A stretch of DNA of 64,000 bases from Alphaproteobacteria bacterium (GCA_965225945.1 CBDDBZ010000029.1:1-64000); one strand, 5' to 3'. Counted from the first letter of the stretch, positions 51,932 to 63,002 are shown. A program made the numbers and translations. Notes: generated by a model from the letters alone, not told the origin.

Positions 51932-53161
51932 ATGCGTTGTGAAATCGTCGCCGTCGGCACCGAATTGCTGCTCGGCCAGATCGTCGACACCAACTCCAGC
52001 TGGATGGGCGAGCAATTCGCCCTCGCGGGCATCGACTCGCACTACCACACCACGGTCGGCGACAATCTCGAGCGCATGATCGTCACCATTCGCCTTGCCC
52101 TCGAGCGGAGCGACGCGGTCGTCGTCTGCGGTGGCCTGGGCCCGACCCAGGACGACATCACGCGCGAGGCGATCACCGAGGTCATGGGCGTGGCGCTGGA
52201 GCGCGACGCGGCGATGGCGGACCATATCCGAAACATTTTCGCCTCCCGCGGCCGGCGGATGAGCGAGAACAATCTGCAACAGGCCGACCGTCCCGTCGGC
52301 GCCTGGCCCATCCCCGAGATGCCGGGCACCGCGCCGGGCCTGGTGTGCCCGGTGGGCGAGAAGGTGATCTATGCCGTGCCGGGCGTCCCCCATGAGATGC
52401 GGGAGATGCTCACCGGCACCGTGCTGCCCGACCTGCGGCGCCGCGCCGGGGCCAGCGCGGCGATCCGCAGCCGGGTGCTCAAGACTTGGGGCAACTCGGA
52501 GTCCGGCCTCGCCGAACTGCTGGCCGGCCGAATCGAGGCGCTGGACCGGACCGGCAATCCGACCCTCGCCTTCCAGGCGAGCGGGATCGAGGGCCTGAAG
52601 ATCCGCATCACCGCCAAGGCCGAGGACGACGCGGCCGCGGGCCGGATCCTCGACGAGGAGGAGGTGACGGTTCGCGCCATCCTGGGCGACGTCGTCTTCG
52701 CCCTCGACGACGCCAGCATGGAATCCGTCGTCCTCGACATGCTGAAGGCCCGGGGCATGACCTTGGGGGTCGCGGAATCGATGACCGGCGGCCTGGTCGG
52801 CGCCCGCCTCGCCGCCATCCCGGGCGCCAGCGCCGTCTTCCGGGGCGCCATCGTCGCCTATGCGCGCGACGTCAAGTTTGCCCTCCTGGGCGTGCCCGAG
52901 GGCCCGGTGGTGAGCGAGGACTGCGCCAAGGCGATGGCGGAAGGGGTCCGCCGCGTCCTCGGCGCCGACGTCGGCCTGGCGACCACGGGCGTCGCCGGCC
53001 CCGACGAACTGGAGGGCCAGCCGGTGGGCCTCGCGATCCTCGGCCTGGCCACGGCCGAGGGCGCCAAGGCGTTGTCGGTCCGCTTGCCGGGCGACCGGAA
53101 CCGGATCCGCGAATACGCGGTGATCAACCTGTTGAATTTCCTTCGCCGCGAACTCGCCTGA
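51932..53161 (+). CDS. cinA: CinA-like protein (MoCF-type domain plus NMN deamidase)
   Basis: VGTELLLGQIVDTNS, GGLGPTQDDITRE, AESMTGG, TTGVAGP. Confidence 0.94.
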   Translation: MRCEIVAVGTELLLGQIVDTNSSWMGEQFALAGIDSHYHTTVGDNLERMIVTIRLALERSDAVVVCGGLGPTQDDITREAITEVMGVALERDAAMADHIRNIFASRGRRMSENNLQQADRPVGAWPIPEMPGTAPGLVCPVGEKVIYAVPGVPHEMREMLTGTVLPDLRRRAGASAAIRSRVLKTWGNSESGLAELLAGRIEALDRTGNPTLAFQASGIEGLKIRITAKAEDDAAAGRILDEEEVTVRAILGDVVFALDDASMESVVLDMLKARGMTLGVAESMTGGLVGARLAAIPGASAVFRGAIVAYARDVKFALLGVPEGPVVSEDCAKAMAEGVRRVLGADVGLATTGVAGPDELEGQPVGLAILGLATAEGAKALSVRLPGDRNRIREYAVINLLNFLRRELA

Positions 53162-53260
53162 CCTCGCGCCGCATCGCCGTCGCGCTCATGAGCCCCCGCC
53201 GACATCGAAACGATTACTTCCGCGGATGCATTGGCAAAGCTTTCATTCGGCGGCCGGATG

Positions 53261-53678
53261 TTACTTTCGTCGATGGCTGACGATTCGCGAAATCACGTTC
53301 AATTTTTTTCGGAGTTGGTCCGCGGAGAACGGCTTTCTGATATACCCGGTCACGCCGTAGGTCTTGGCTTCCACAACCGCCTCCAGATCGGCGTTACCGG
53401 TGATCATGAGGAACGGCAGATCTGGACCGCAGGTCCGAATCTGTTTCAACAATTCCAAACCAGATAATCTCGGCATATTCCAGTCACACAGAATAACATC
53501 AACAGAATCATCTCCGTCGGCAAACCCCATGAAGTTTAGGGCTAGCATACCATTCTTGGCGGTAAAATTTGGGTCATGCCAAATCTTTCAGCATGTTCTT
53601 TATCAGGTTCATCGCCTCACGATTGTCCTCAACCAGCAAAATTCTTAAATCTTCAAGAGGTTCGTCGAGAAATTTCAT
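53261..53678 (-). pseudogene. Single-domain response regulator with two apparent 1-nt deletions
   Basis: LRILLVEDN from ATG 53678; frame breaks near 53580 and 53565; then ILCDWNMP...MITG...YIRKPF. Confidence 0.8.
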
Positions 53679-54167
53679 CGTTCGGACACTCCCCGGGCTA
53701 GCCGTGTATCTTAACGCTAGTCCTATCGAGTTCCATTCGGATCGCGTGGGCAAGCTGACCCGGTTTTATCGGTTTTTGCAGGAAGGGTGTATTTTCCTGA
53801 ATTTCGATTTTTCCGGCACCGCGCTTCGGATAGCCCGACATGAAAACTGCCTTCATGTCCGAACGCCTTTCCTTAAGAATCTCGTAAAGCTCAAAGCCGC
53901 CCAGAGATGGCATCACCACGTCGCTTAGAAGAAGATCAACAGGTTTTTCCATTGCCTCATCGACCGTAAGGGCCTCAAATCCGTTATCAGCCACAACAAC
54001 CTTGTAACCCAGATCGTAGAGCCAATCATAAATCAACTCCAGCAGCCGATTGTCGTCCTCAACCAAAAGGATCGTTTCGCCATTACCTCTATGCTCTATC
54101 TGCTCTTGGATTGATTTGAGGGTGGGTGATCGTTTGGCAACCGGCAAGTAGATATAAACGGTCGTTC

Positions 54168-54922
54168 CTTGCCTATCCGGTTATCACCCACACCCACTAT
54201 ATGTAGTGTGTCTCCTTGGACTGCAGGCAAGGGCCGGCGCAGGCGCATTGAGGAGGCGATCCGGCTAATTCTTGATTGTTCTGAAAACCGAACCGGAGTT
54301 TAATTCACGTCACGTACTTAACATCGGGGGACGGAACGGTGGCGACCAAGGGAAAAACGAAGAAACCCACGGCCAGACGGGAAGCTGCTGATGAAACGAC
54401 ATCGTCTGAGCGATTGACGGCACTAGTCGAAGAAAGCGACGCGCTGGCACGAATCGTTGCGAAGAACCCGTCCGCGCCTGTTAGTCTCCTGCGCGTTTTG
54501 AGTCGCAGCGAAGACGAAGCGACACGCAAGAACGTGATCCTCAATCCGTTTACTTCATATGACGTATTGAGCGAACTTGAAAACCAGCTCACAGAGCTAT
54601 TTGTGAATAATCCGGCACTCGAATCCTACAATTCAATGAAGCTCTGATTTCCTGGAATATTCCATCGGTGTCGTTCACCTCCGATTTCAGATAAATTTCA
54701 ATGAAGTGACGGTCCTTTATGCAACGTGGCGTTTTGCCAAATCCGACTCAATGATTAGGATTTCCACCACGCTAAAGTGTCGCCTAAAAGGCGCTACAAT
54801 GCCGTCCGAGTCCCTGCTCGGCATCGCCGGAGATATCTCCGCTTCGACCTGCACCGAGCTTTACTCAGGAAAATGGGTGCACACTACATATAGTGGGTGT
54901 GGGTGATAACCGGATAGGCAAG
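54168..54922. mobile_element. Non-autonomous IS1595-derived cassette (ISSod11-like ends) carrying a passenger ORF
   Basis: 43-bp perfect TIRs starting CTTGCCTATC; 8-bp DR GGTCGTTC; no full transposase. Confidence 0.88.
54339..54647 (+). CDS. Leucine-rich-repeat-variant/HEAT-like repeat protein (passenger, possibly truncated)
   Basis: Repeated A.NP..P...L..L pattern: VAKNPSAPVSLLRVLS...VILNPFTSYDVLSEL...NNPAL. Confidence 0.6.
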   Translation: MATKGKTKKPTARREAADETTSSERLTALVEESDALARIVAKNPSAPVSLLRVLSRSEDEATRKNVILNPFTSYDVLSELENQLTELFVNNPALESYNSMKL

Positions 54923-57844
54923 GGTCGTTCCTTTGCTAACGGAACTGATGACCTCGAGTTTTCCCCCTGACTGTCGCGCAAAACCGTAGGCCATCGATAA
55001 TCCGAGTCCGGTTCCTTGCCCCTGTTCCTTGGTGGTAAAGAACGGCTCGAAGATATGCTCCATCGTGTTTTCGTCGATCCCGCAGCCCTTATCGGTTACG
55101 GAAATTTCTACAAAACTTTCCTCGGGCGTATTTTCGTCAGACTCGATGAATTCCGCATCCCCACCGATGACCCGGACACCGATCGTGATCTTTCCACCCT
55201 CTGGCATGGCATCACGTGCGTTGATGGCAAGATTGAGGATGGCTTGACTCAACTCTCCCGGGTCAGTGTGTACACACACTTTCTTGTCCGAGATCTCGAA
55301 TTCCAACTCATGCTGTTCCCCGACGGATTGCTCTAGAAGCCGCTTGAGCTCACTCACCGATTCGGCAACCGGAAACACCTGTTTGTCCATGATCTGTCGG
55401 CGGCTGAAGCCGAGCAGTTGCTTAGTGAGGTTTGCCGCCTTTTCCGTCGCGGCCAGGACTTCCTCCAGGGACCTTCCCGCTATCTCCACATCACCGATGT
55501 TGCTCAGCGTGCGCCGTGCGTAACCGTCTATAATCATGAGAAGGTTATTGAAATCGTGGGCAATGCCGCCGGTCAACTGACCGATCGCTTCCATCTTCTG
55601 CGATTGAGTCAACTGCTGCTCAACGCGCTTGCGCTCGGTGATGTCGTACATCATGACCATGAAGGTCGTTTGCCCCCCGGACTCGAGCTTGGAAATCACC
55701 GCTTCCGCCGGAAACTCGGTTCCATCCTTTCGCAGACCAAGAATCTCCTTCCCCAAGCCCATCACATGCTGGCCCCGGGACATTGTTTTGAATTCTTCCA
55801 GGTGCTTGTGATGAATATCCCTGAATCTAGTAGGAATAAGCCTATCGAGAGTTTGTCCGATCATCTCCTGGGCGGAGTGACCGAATATGGCTTCGGCCCC
55901 CTTGTTGAACAACTCGATGCGGCCATTTCCATCGACGGTAATGACGCCCTCCGGCGCGATATCGAGGATCTCCGCAAGCCGCTCCTCCGAAGCCAGAAGC
56001 GCATCCTCCGCCCGCTTGCGTTCCGTGATGTCGCGTTCGGTGGTGGCGAGGCCGACGGGCTTGCCGTGCTCGCCGACGAGGAGGGTGACCGTCAGCGATA
56101 CTTCGAGGAGCCGTCCGTCCTTGGCGCGGCGCTGCGTCCTGAAGACCGAGACATCTTCGCCTCGTGTGTTCGCCAGGGCGATCTCCTCGGCCTCCGCCCG
56201 CTTGTCCTCGGGCATGAGGTCCCTGGCGTTCATCTTCAGCGCCTCGGCCTCGCTGTAGCCATACATCGCCTCGGCGCCGCGGTTCCAGGCGATGATTTGG
56301 CCGCTGAAATCCTGCATTGTGATGGCGTCGTGGGAGTCCCTGACCACGGCCGCCATGCGGCGCTGTTCGGTCTCGATGCGCTTGCGCTCGGTAACTTCCT
56401 TTTCGAGCTCGGCATTGGTCTTGCGAAGCTCGGCGGTGCGTTCGCGGACGCGGCGCTCCAGGGAGTCGCGTGCCTCGCGAAGCGCCTCCTCGGCGCGGGC
56501 GCGCGCGGCAAGCTCGCTCGTCAGGTCCCGGGTGCGTTCCGCCACCCTTCCCTCGAGCTGTTCGCGCGCATCCTCGATCCTTCGCAGGGCGCGCGCCAGG
56601 TTCTCCACCATGGCATTGAAGGCCCGGGCCAGGTGGCCGAACTCGTCCCTGCTCGCGGCCTCGATCCTGTGAGCCAGATCGCCGCCCCCGACGATCTCCG
56701 CCCCGCTGACCAAGGCGCGAATAGGCCCGATGATCGCCCGGGATATGACCCACGCCGCCGCGATTGCCACGCATAGGCCCATCAGACCCAGGAGAATGAG
56801 GTAGAGTGCCGCCAAATCGGTCGAGGTTTTCGCGTCCGCCGCCGCCGCCACCGTCTCGGCATGGATCAAGGGCTGGATCTGGTTGTCCAAAATGGCGTCA
56901 ATCTTCGCGAGGTGCTGTTCGAATTCCTCGAGGCGCGTGTTCAACCCGTCGGTGACCGTCATGATCCGTTCGCCGGCCATCACGGCCTCCGCGAAGTTCC
57001 GGTCGATCTGGTCGAGCCAGCCTTTTTCCTTGGTGGAGAGGCTGGTCTCCCGATAGATCGTCTCGTAGCGTTCGAAGTCCGCCTCCGCGTCCTCGAGCTC
57101 GAGGCGAAGGGTGGGATCCGGCCGGGCGGCATAGCCCTCGATGGCGGCGAAGGCTTTGAAAATATTGATTTCCATGTCGAGCGTGCTATGCAGCTTCATC
57201 ATCCCCTCGTGGGCTGTCGTATCGAGGGCCTTCTGAAGCTTTCCGTCGATCAGCTCGTCGATCTCCAGGACATCGCGCCGGAAGGTCTCCAGGGCGTTGC
57301 GCCGCAGGTCCGAGAGCCCGACGATCTCATCGCCCAGCGCCTTGAACACCCCATGGAGCCCGGCCACCTCTCGGCCGAGCCGGCGCTCGTCGTCGGTCTC
57401 CGCCAGGCGCTCGAAGTCCCGGGAGAAGCGCTCGAAGTCGGCCTCCGAATCGCGCCGCGCCTCGATGTGTTCGGGGGCCAATTCCCGGACGTAATCGAGC
57501 ACCGCCCGGGCGCCCTCCCCGGCGTTGATCTCCATTTCCAGGGCGGCCCGCTCGAGCGGCTCCTCGACCGCCACGAACCGGCGCAGGTCGCGATCGATCT
57601 GTTGGATGGAGCGGTAGGAGACCAGGCCGCTCACGGCCAGAACCAGGACCAGCAGCCCGAACGCCAGCCACAGCTTTCCGGCCACCCCCCAAATCCCCGG
57701 CGCTTTAAGCCCGGGGAAGCCCTTCCCGACAACCATGCCTATTCATTCCCTTCCGCAACGCCGGATGGACTGCTCGTATCGCTTGACGCTCTTGCGATTG
57801 AAAAGTATCTCATCTATTCAGTTGTAGTTAATGAAATAATCACG

Positions 57845-57859
57845 TTAAAAATTGCTTAA
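57845..57859. promoter_or_regulatory. CtrA-like box upstream of the hybrid kinase
   Basis: TTAA-AAATTGC-TTAA, but in an AT-rich intergenic stretch. Confidence 0.45.
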
Positions 57860-57891
57860 GATCTCCACAGGTCAACTATTCAGGGTTAAAG

Positions 57892-58401
57892 CGGATCGCC
57901 GGGATCGCGTTGGAGGAGGTTGGCGGTTTCACGGTCGAAATCTGCGATGGCGGGGCCGCGGCGCTCGATGCCGCGCCCGGTTTCGGGCCGGACCTGGTCG
58001 TGCTCGACGTCATGATGCCCGGCATGGACGGGCCGAGCACGCTCGAGGCGTTGCGCTCGATGCCTGGACTCGGGTCGACCCCGATCGTATTCATGACCGC
58101 TAAGACCATGCGGACGGAGGTTGAATTGTACAAGAAGCCGGGCGCCTTGGAGGTGATCCCCAAGCCGTTCGATCCGATGATGCTGTCGGACGTAGTCTTG
58201 CCTGGGGGCGTGAACGGACTAAAAATCGCGGCCGAGGCGCGCCGAAGCAAGCCTGACCTGAAGCTTGTCTACCTGTCCGGCTACCTCGGTGACGCGCTCG
58301 AGCGACACGGCGGCACCGATGCCGACGCGGTGCTGATCCAGAAGCCATTCGATGATGAGATACTGGGCCAGCGCCTGCGAGAGCTTCTCGATCGCGATTG
58401 A
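57892..58401 (+). pseudogene. Chimeric response-regulator remnant (5'-truncated REC fused to the second half of another REC)
   Basis: LDVMMPGMDG...FMTAK...IPKPFDPMM runs into LSDVVLPGG...LSGY...IQKPF; the first acidic strand is missing. Confidence 0.7.
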
Positions 58402-58578
58402 ACGCGGCACTTCTGCCGCCGGGGCGTGGGTCCTCGATTTTCTCGGCCCGGAGCTGCGACCATTCCCGCAAGCCGGACACGATTGCCGAAATGGGGTGTC
58501 CACTTCAGTCTCTGAGTCGGACCCGATTTCCTTGGACACAGAATTGGTTTAATCGAAGTGTCCAAGGAGGACCGGAAC

Positions 58579-58989
58579 ATGACCGACAATTTTGAGAACA
58601 AAGTTGCTGTTGATGGGCCTGTGGTAAACGAGGGCGAGCTTGGCTCGTCCACGTTTTCCCCGGGCCAGGTTTCGCCGGCAGGCCCGCTGGGACTTGGCCA
58701 GCGGTGGACGGTGACGCGCAAGCGTGAGGTTGCCCTGCGGCTTTTGCGTGGCGAGCCGGTGGAACTTTTGTCGCGGCAGTTGGGCGTGGAGATTTTCCGG
58801 CTCGAGCAGTGGCGTGAGAAGGCGATCGCCGGGATCGATGCCTCGCTCAAGGAACGCAAGGGCGATCCGGTAAAGGCGGAACTGGACATCGCCATGAAGC
58901 GGATCGGGGAGTTGATCATGCAGGTGGAACTGCTGGAGGCCAAGACGGAGACGTCCGGCCCTTTGGGGCGGCGGAGGTCGCGGCGATGA
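58579..58989 (+). CDS. Transposase OrfA (HTH, DUF1153-like)
   Basis: QRWTVTRKREVALRLLRGE; ATGA overlap with orfB. Confidence 0.8.
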   Translation: MTDNFENKVAVDGPVVNEGELGSSTFSPGQVSPAGPLGLGQRWTVTRKREVALRLLRGEPVELLSRQLGVEIFRLEQWREKAIAGIDASLKERKGDPVKAELDIAMKRIGELIMQVELLEAKTETSGPLGRRRSRR

Positions 58990-59897
58990 GTGCCGCCACC
59001 TCTCCCGGCACGGGTTTGGCCTACGGCCTCCAGCGGGTCTGTGCGGCCTGGGGTTTTGCCCGTTCCTCGTTCTACGCCATGAAATCCCGGCAGCAGGCCA
59101 CCGCTGAGCGCCCACCAGCAAAGCGCCGGGGACCGAAGCCCTCGATCTCGGACGAGGCTCTGCTGGTGGCCATCGAGGCCGACCTGGAGGCATCCCCCTG
59201 GGAGGGCGAGGGACACCGCAAGGTCTGGGCTCGGCTTCGGGTCTGTCGTGGCATCCGTGTTTCCCGCAAGCGGGTGCTCCGGGTGATGCGCGAGAACAAC
59301 CTGCTCTCGCCCCATCGCTGCCGCCGCCGTGGCGGAAATCCCCATGTCGGTGAGATCATCACCCATGCCCCCAACCTCATGTGGGGCACGGACGGCGTTC
59401 GGGTGTTCACGGTGGACGACGGCTGGGGCTGGATATTCACCGCCATCGAGCATTGGAACGCCGAGTGCGTCGGCTGGCATGTGTGCAAGCGAGGCGACCG
59501 CTTCGCCGCCCTTCAGCCGATCTCCATGGGGCTTGCGAGGCTGTATGCCTCGACCTCCGCCGGTGCGGCGCGGGGGCTGGCCTTGCGGATGGATCACGGC
59601 TCCCAGTATCTGTCGGACCACTTCACCAACCAGATCAAGTTCTGGGGCATCCAGCCGTCCTACGCCTTCGTCGAACAGCCCCAGACCAACGGCGTCGCCG
59701 AGAGGTTCAATCGCACGCTCAAGGAACAGATCATCCATGGCCGCATCTACCGCAACATCGCGGAGCTGCGGAACGCCGTCCGCGGGTTCGTCGAACAGTA
59801 CAATGCCCAGTGGATCGTGGAGAAGAACGGCTACCTGAGCCCCGCTCAAGCTCGTCAGGCGTGGCACACCGCGATGTCACTCAGGCCCGCCGCATGA
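58986..59897 (+). CDS. Transposase OrfB (integrase core, DDE)
   Basis: PNLMWGTD, RMDHGSQY, NGVAERFNRTLKE. Confidence 0.92.
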   Translation: MSAATSPGTGLAYGLQRVCAAWGFARSSFYAMKSRQQATAERPPAKRRGPKPSISDEALLVAIEADLEASPWEGEGHRKVWARLRVCRGIRVSRKRVLRVMRENNLLSPHRCRRRGGNPHVGEIITHAPNLMWGTDGVRVFTVDDGWGWIFTAIEHWNAECVGWHVCKRGDRFAALQPISMGLARLYASTSAGAARGLALRMDHGSQYLSDHFTNQIKFWGIQPSYAFVEQPQTNGVAERFNRTLKEQIIHGRIYRNIAELRNAVRGFVEQYNAQWIVEKNGYLSPAQARQAWHTAMSLRPAA

Positions 59898-60038
59898 GAC
59901 AAACTTGTGTCCAAGGAACCGGGTGCGATACATCCACTTCAGTCTCGTCGTTCTGCAAACTAATTATTTTCAATGATTTACGCTATAACCGAGGTAACCG
60001 GGGCAAAAGCCCAGGCAGTGCGGGAAAAACACCAGAAA

Positions 60039-63002
60039 ATGGCGAAGTTCGTAGGTCAGCCACTGGAACGGGTTGAGGACGTGGCGTTGCTGACCGGGCG
60101 CGGCCGGTTCGTGGACGATCTAGCGGTCCGGGCCGACACGCTGTCCGCCGCGATTGTGCGCTCGACCCATGCCCACGCGGAGATCCGCGACATCGATACG
60201 GCGGCCGCACGCGCCCGGCCTGGCGTTGTCGCTGTCTTGACCGGCGAGGATATCTGCGAGCTGTCGGATCCCTTTCTGGTCGTCGTCAAACAACCCATGG
60301 ACCAGTGGTCGCTGGCGGTGGGCCGGGTTCGCTACGTCGGCGAGCCCGTGGCGCTGGTCGTTGCCCGGGACCGCTACCTCGCGGAGGACGCCGCCGATCT
60401 CGTCAAAGTGTCCTACCAGCCCTTGCAGCCCGTCATCGACCCGAAAATGGCGGCTCGCGACGACGCGCCGCTGCTGTTTGAACAGATCGGCAGCAACGTC
60501 GTATCGACGCGGCGGTTTTCATACGGCGATCCCGACAGGGCCTTTGGCGATGCCGACAAGGTGGTGGGGCTTACGGTCGAGTATCCGCGCAATTCCTTGA
60601 CTCCCATCGAATGCTTCGCGGTGGTGGCCGAGTACCACCCGGGCGAAGGCATCTTCGACGTCATGTCGAACTTTCAGGGGCCCTATACGACCCACCCGGT
60701 CATGGCGCGCGCCTTGCGCGTGACCGGGACCGGCCTACGTCTGCGCACGCCGCCGAATTCGGGCGGTAGCTTCGGCACCAAGCAGAGCGTGTTTCCCTAT
60801 ATCGTGCTGATGGCGCTCGCCGCCCGCAAGCTCGGCCGGCCGGTAAAATGGATCGAGGACCGCCTGGAACACCTGACGGCGGGAAATTCAAGCCCGAACC
60901 GGGTGACCACCATCTCCGCCGCCCTCGAGGCGGACGGCAAGGTCGTTGGCCTGCGCCTCGACCATCTCGACGACTACGGAGCCTATCTTCGCGCACCCAT
61001 GCCGGCACCGATCTACCGGATGCATGGCGCCTCGAGCGGCGCTTACGACATCCCCAATCTCGCCATCGACGTCCGGGTGTTGGTGAGCAATAAGACACCG
61101 GCGGGCTTGGTCAGGGGGTTCGGCGGGCCACAGCTCTACTATGCCCTCGAGCGGCTGATGCAGCGCATCGCGGTCGAACTTCAACTCGACCCGTTGGAGG
61201 TGATCCGGCGCAATCTGGTTGCGGCCGACAAGTTTCCCTACCGCGCGGCCGCGGGTGCGCTGTTCGATTCCGGGGACTATGCCGGCGCCATCGCAATCGC
61301 CGTCGAGAAAGGCGGCTTGGCGGAGCTCGAGCAGCGCCGCGAGCGGGCCCGCGCGGAGGGCCGGCTCTACGGTATCGGCTATGCCGCGGTGGTCGAACCC
61401 GGCATGTCCAACCTCGGCTATCTCAGCACCATTCTGAGCGCGGAGGAACGCTATGAGGCCGGCCCGAAGAACGGGGCGGTATCGATGGCGACGGTCAACG
61501 TCGATCCGCTGGGGGCGGTGTCGGTGACCGCCGACACGACTCCGCAAGGGCAAGGCCATGCCACCGTGTTGTCGCAGATCGTCGCCGACGAGCTCGGCCT
61601 GGAGCCGGGCGACATCACGGCGGCGCTCGACCTCGACACCCACAAGGACCCCTGGTCGATCGCCGCCGGGAGCTATTCTTGCCGCTTCGCGCCGGGCACC
61701 GCCAACGCGGCCAAGATCGCGGCCGCCAAGATCCGGGACAAGCTGGCCCAGATCGCGGCGCCGCTACTGAACGTGCCCGCCGAGGCAATCGAATTTGGCG
61801 GTGGCAAGATCTTCGCCGCCGACAACCCGGACAATGCGCTGAAATTCACTCGCGTCGCCGCCGCGACGCATTGGGCGCCGGCGACGCTGCCCGACGGCCT
61901 GGAGCACGCCCTGCGCGAGACCGGGGTATGGTCGCCGCCCCAGATCGAGGCCACGAATGAGCGAGACCAGACCAACCCCTCGCTCACCTACGGCTTCGTG
62001 TTCGACTATTGCGGCATCGAGATCGATCCTGATACCGCCCAGATTCGGATCGACCATTATGTGACCATGCATGATTGCGGCAGGCTGCTCAATCCACTGA
62101 TCGCCGAAGGTCAGATATTGGGCGCGTTCGCACAGGGTCTCGGCGCCGCGCTCTACGAGGAATTCATCTATGGCGAGGATGGCAGCTTCCTGTCGGGCAC
62201 GTTCTCCGACTATCTCGTGCCCTCGGCGGCAGAGGTCGTGGAGCCGCTGATTCTGCACCTGGAAACCCCCTCGCCGTTCACGCCGCTGGGCGCCAAGGGC
62301 CTGGCGGAAGGCAATTGCATGTCCACCCCGGTCTGCCTGGCCAACGCGGTCTGCGACGCGCTCGATATCGAGAATGTCACCCTGCCGCTGACGCCGGCCA
62401 AGGTTTCCGCATTGATCCACGGCGAGGAACCAGCGCCGCCGGCCGGGGCCGCCGGAGCCGTGCTGGCCGTGGCCGCGGCCCAATCCGAATTGGCGCCAGC
62501 GCTCTCCGGCGCGGGCGAGGTCGTGATCCCGGCGCCACCCGAAACCGTCTGGCGGGCCCTGCTCGACCCGGATGCCTTGGCGGCGACCATTCCCGGCTGC
62601 CATCGCCTCGAGCGGGTCGGCGAGAATGCTTACCAGGCCACCGTGTCACTCGGCGTCGGGCCGGTGCGCGGCCGCTTCGAGGCCCGGATCCAATTGTCGG
62701 AGCTCGAGGCTCCCCGCGCGGCGACGCTATCCGGTGGGCTGGACGGCCCGTTGGGATCGTCGGCCGGATCCGGACGGGTCCGCCTCGAAGCCGTGCCGGG
62801 GGGAACCAAGGTCGGCTACGCCTATGAGGTTGCGATCAGCGGCAAGGTCGCGGCCGTGGGCGGGCGCATGCTGGAGGGCGCCTCGCGTATTTTGGTGAAG
62901 CAGTTCTTCGAGCGCCTGGCGGCCCAGATCGAGGGCGTGCCGCTTGCCACCGGGCCGCCCTGGTGGCGCCGGCTGCTCGGCTGGCTGGGGATCGGCCTGT
63001 GA
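60039..63002 (+). CDS. Xanthine dehydrogenase-family molybdopterin subunit fused to a CoxG/SRPBCC domain (HmfA-like)
   Basis: RVED..LLTGRG, GGSFG, VRGFGGPQ, QGQGH.T, GAKGLAEG; C-terminal LLDPDAL...IPGC CoxG domain. Confidence 0.9.
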   Translation: MAKFVGQPLERVEDVALLTGRGRFVDDLAVRADTLSAAIVRSTHAHAEIRDIDTAAARARPGVVAVLTGEDICELSDPFLVVVKQPMDQWSLAVGRVRYVGEPVALVVARDRYLAEDAADLVKVSYQPLQPVIDPKMAARDDAPLLFEQIGSNVVSTRRFSYGDPDRAFGDADKVVGLTVEYPRNSLTPIECFAVVAEYHPGEGIFDVMSNFQGPYTTHPVMARALRVTGTGLRLRTPPNSGGSFGTKQSVFPYIVLMALAARKLGRPVKWIEDRLEHLTAGNSSPNRVTTISAALEADGKVVGLRLDHLDDYGAYLRAPMPAPIYRMHGASSGAYDIPNLAIDVRVLVSNKTPAGLVRGFGGPQLYYALERLMQRIAVELQLDPLEVIRRNLVAADKFPYRAAAGALFDSGDYAGAIAIAVEKGGLAELEQRRERARAEGRLYGIGYAAVVEPGMSNLGYLSTILSAEERYEAGPKNGAVSMATVNVDPLGAVSVTADTTPQGQGHATVLSQIVADELGLEPGDITAALDLDTHKDPWSIAAGSYSCRFAPGTANAAKIAAAKIRDKLAQIAAPLLNVPAEAIEFGGGKIFAADNPDNALKFTRVAAATHWAPATLPDGLEHALRETGVWSPPQIEATNERDQTNPSLTYGFVFDYCGIEIDPDTAQIRIDHYVTMHDCGRLLNPLIAEGQILGAFAQGLGAALYEEFIYGEDGSFLSGTFSDYLVPSAAEVVEPLILHLETPSPFTPLGAKGLAEGNCMSTPVCLANAVCDALDIENVTLPLTPAKVSALIHGEEPAPPAGAAGAVLAVAAAQSELAPALSGAGEVVIPAPPETVWRALLDPDALAATIPGCHRLERVGENAYQATVSLGVGPVRGRFEARIQLSELEAPRAATLSGGLDGPLGSSAGSGRVRLEAVPGGTKVGYAYEVAISGKVAAVGGRMLEGASRILVKQFFERLAAQIEGVPLATGPPWWRRLLGWLGIGL

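Larger units (their letters stand above)
53698..57736 (-). pseudogene. Hybrid sensor histidine kinase (periplasmic sensor, HAMP, two PAS, HisKA, HATPase, REC) interrupted at 54168-54922
   Basis: [35 protein letters not shown]; removing the insert restores SKGTT-VYIYLP and the REC domain (LLSDVVMP). Confidence 0.93.
58513..59932 (+). mobile_element. IS3/IS481-like two-ORF DDE element
   Basis: TG...CA ends with IR core TTCCTTGGACAC; 14-bp DR TCCACTTCAGTCTC. Confidence 0.9.

Noticed and set aside
60039-63002. Aerobic CO dehydrogenase CoxL
   Set aside because: Lacks the AYxCSFR (form I) and AYxGAGR (form II) active-site motifs.
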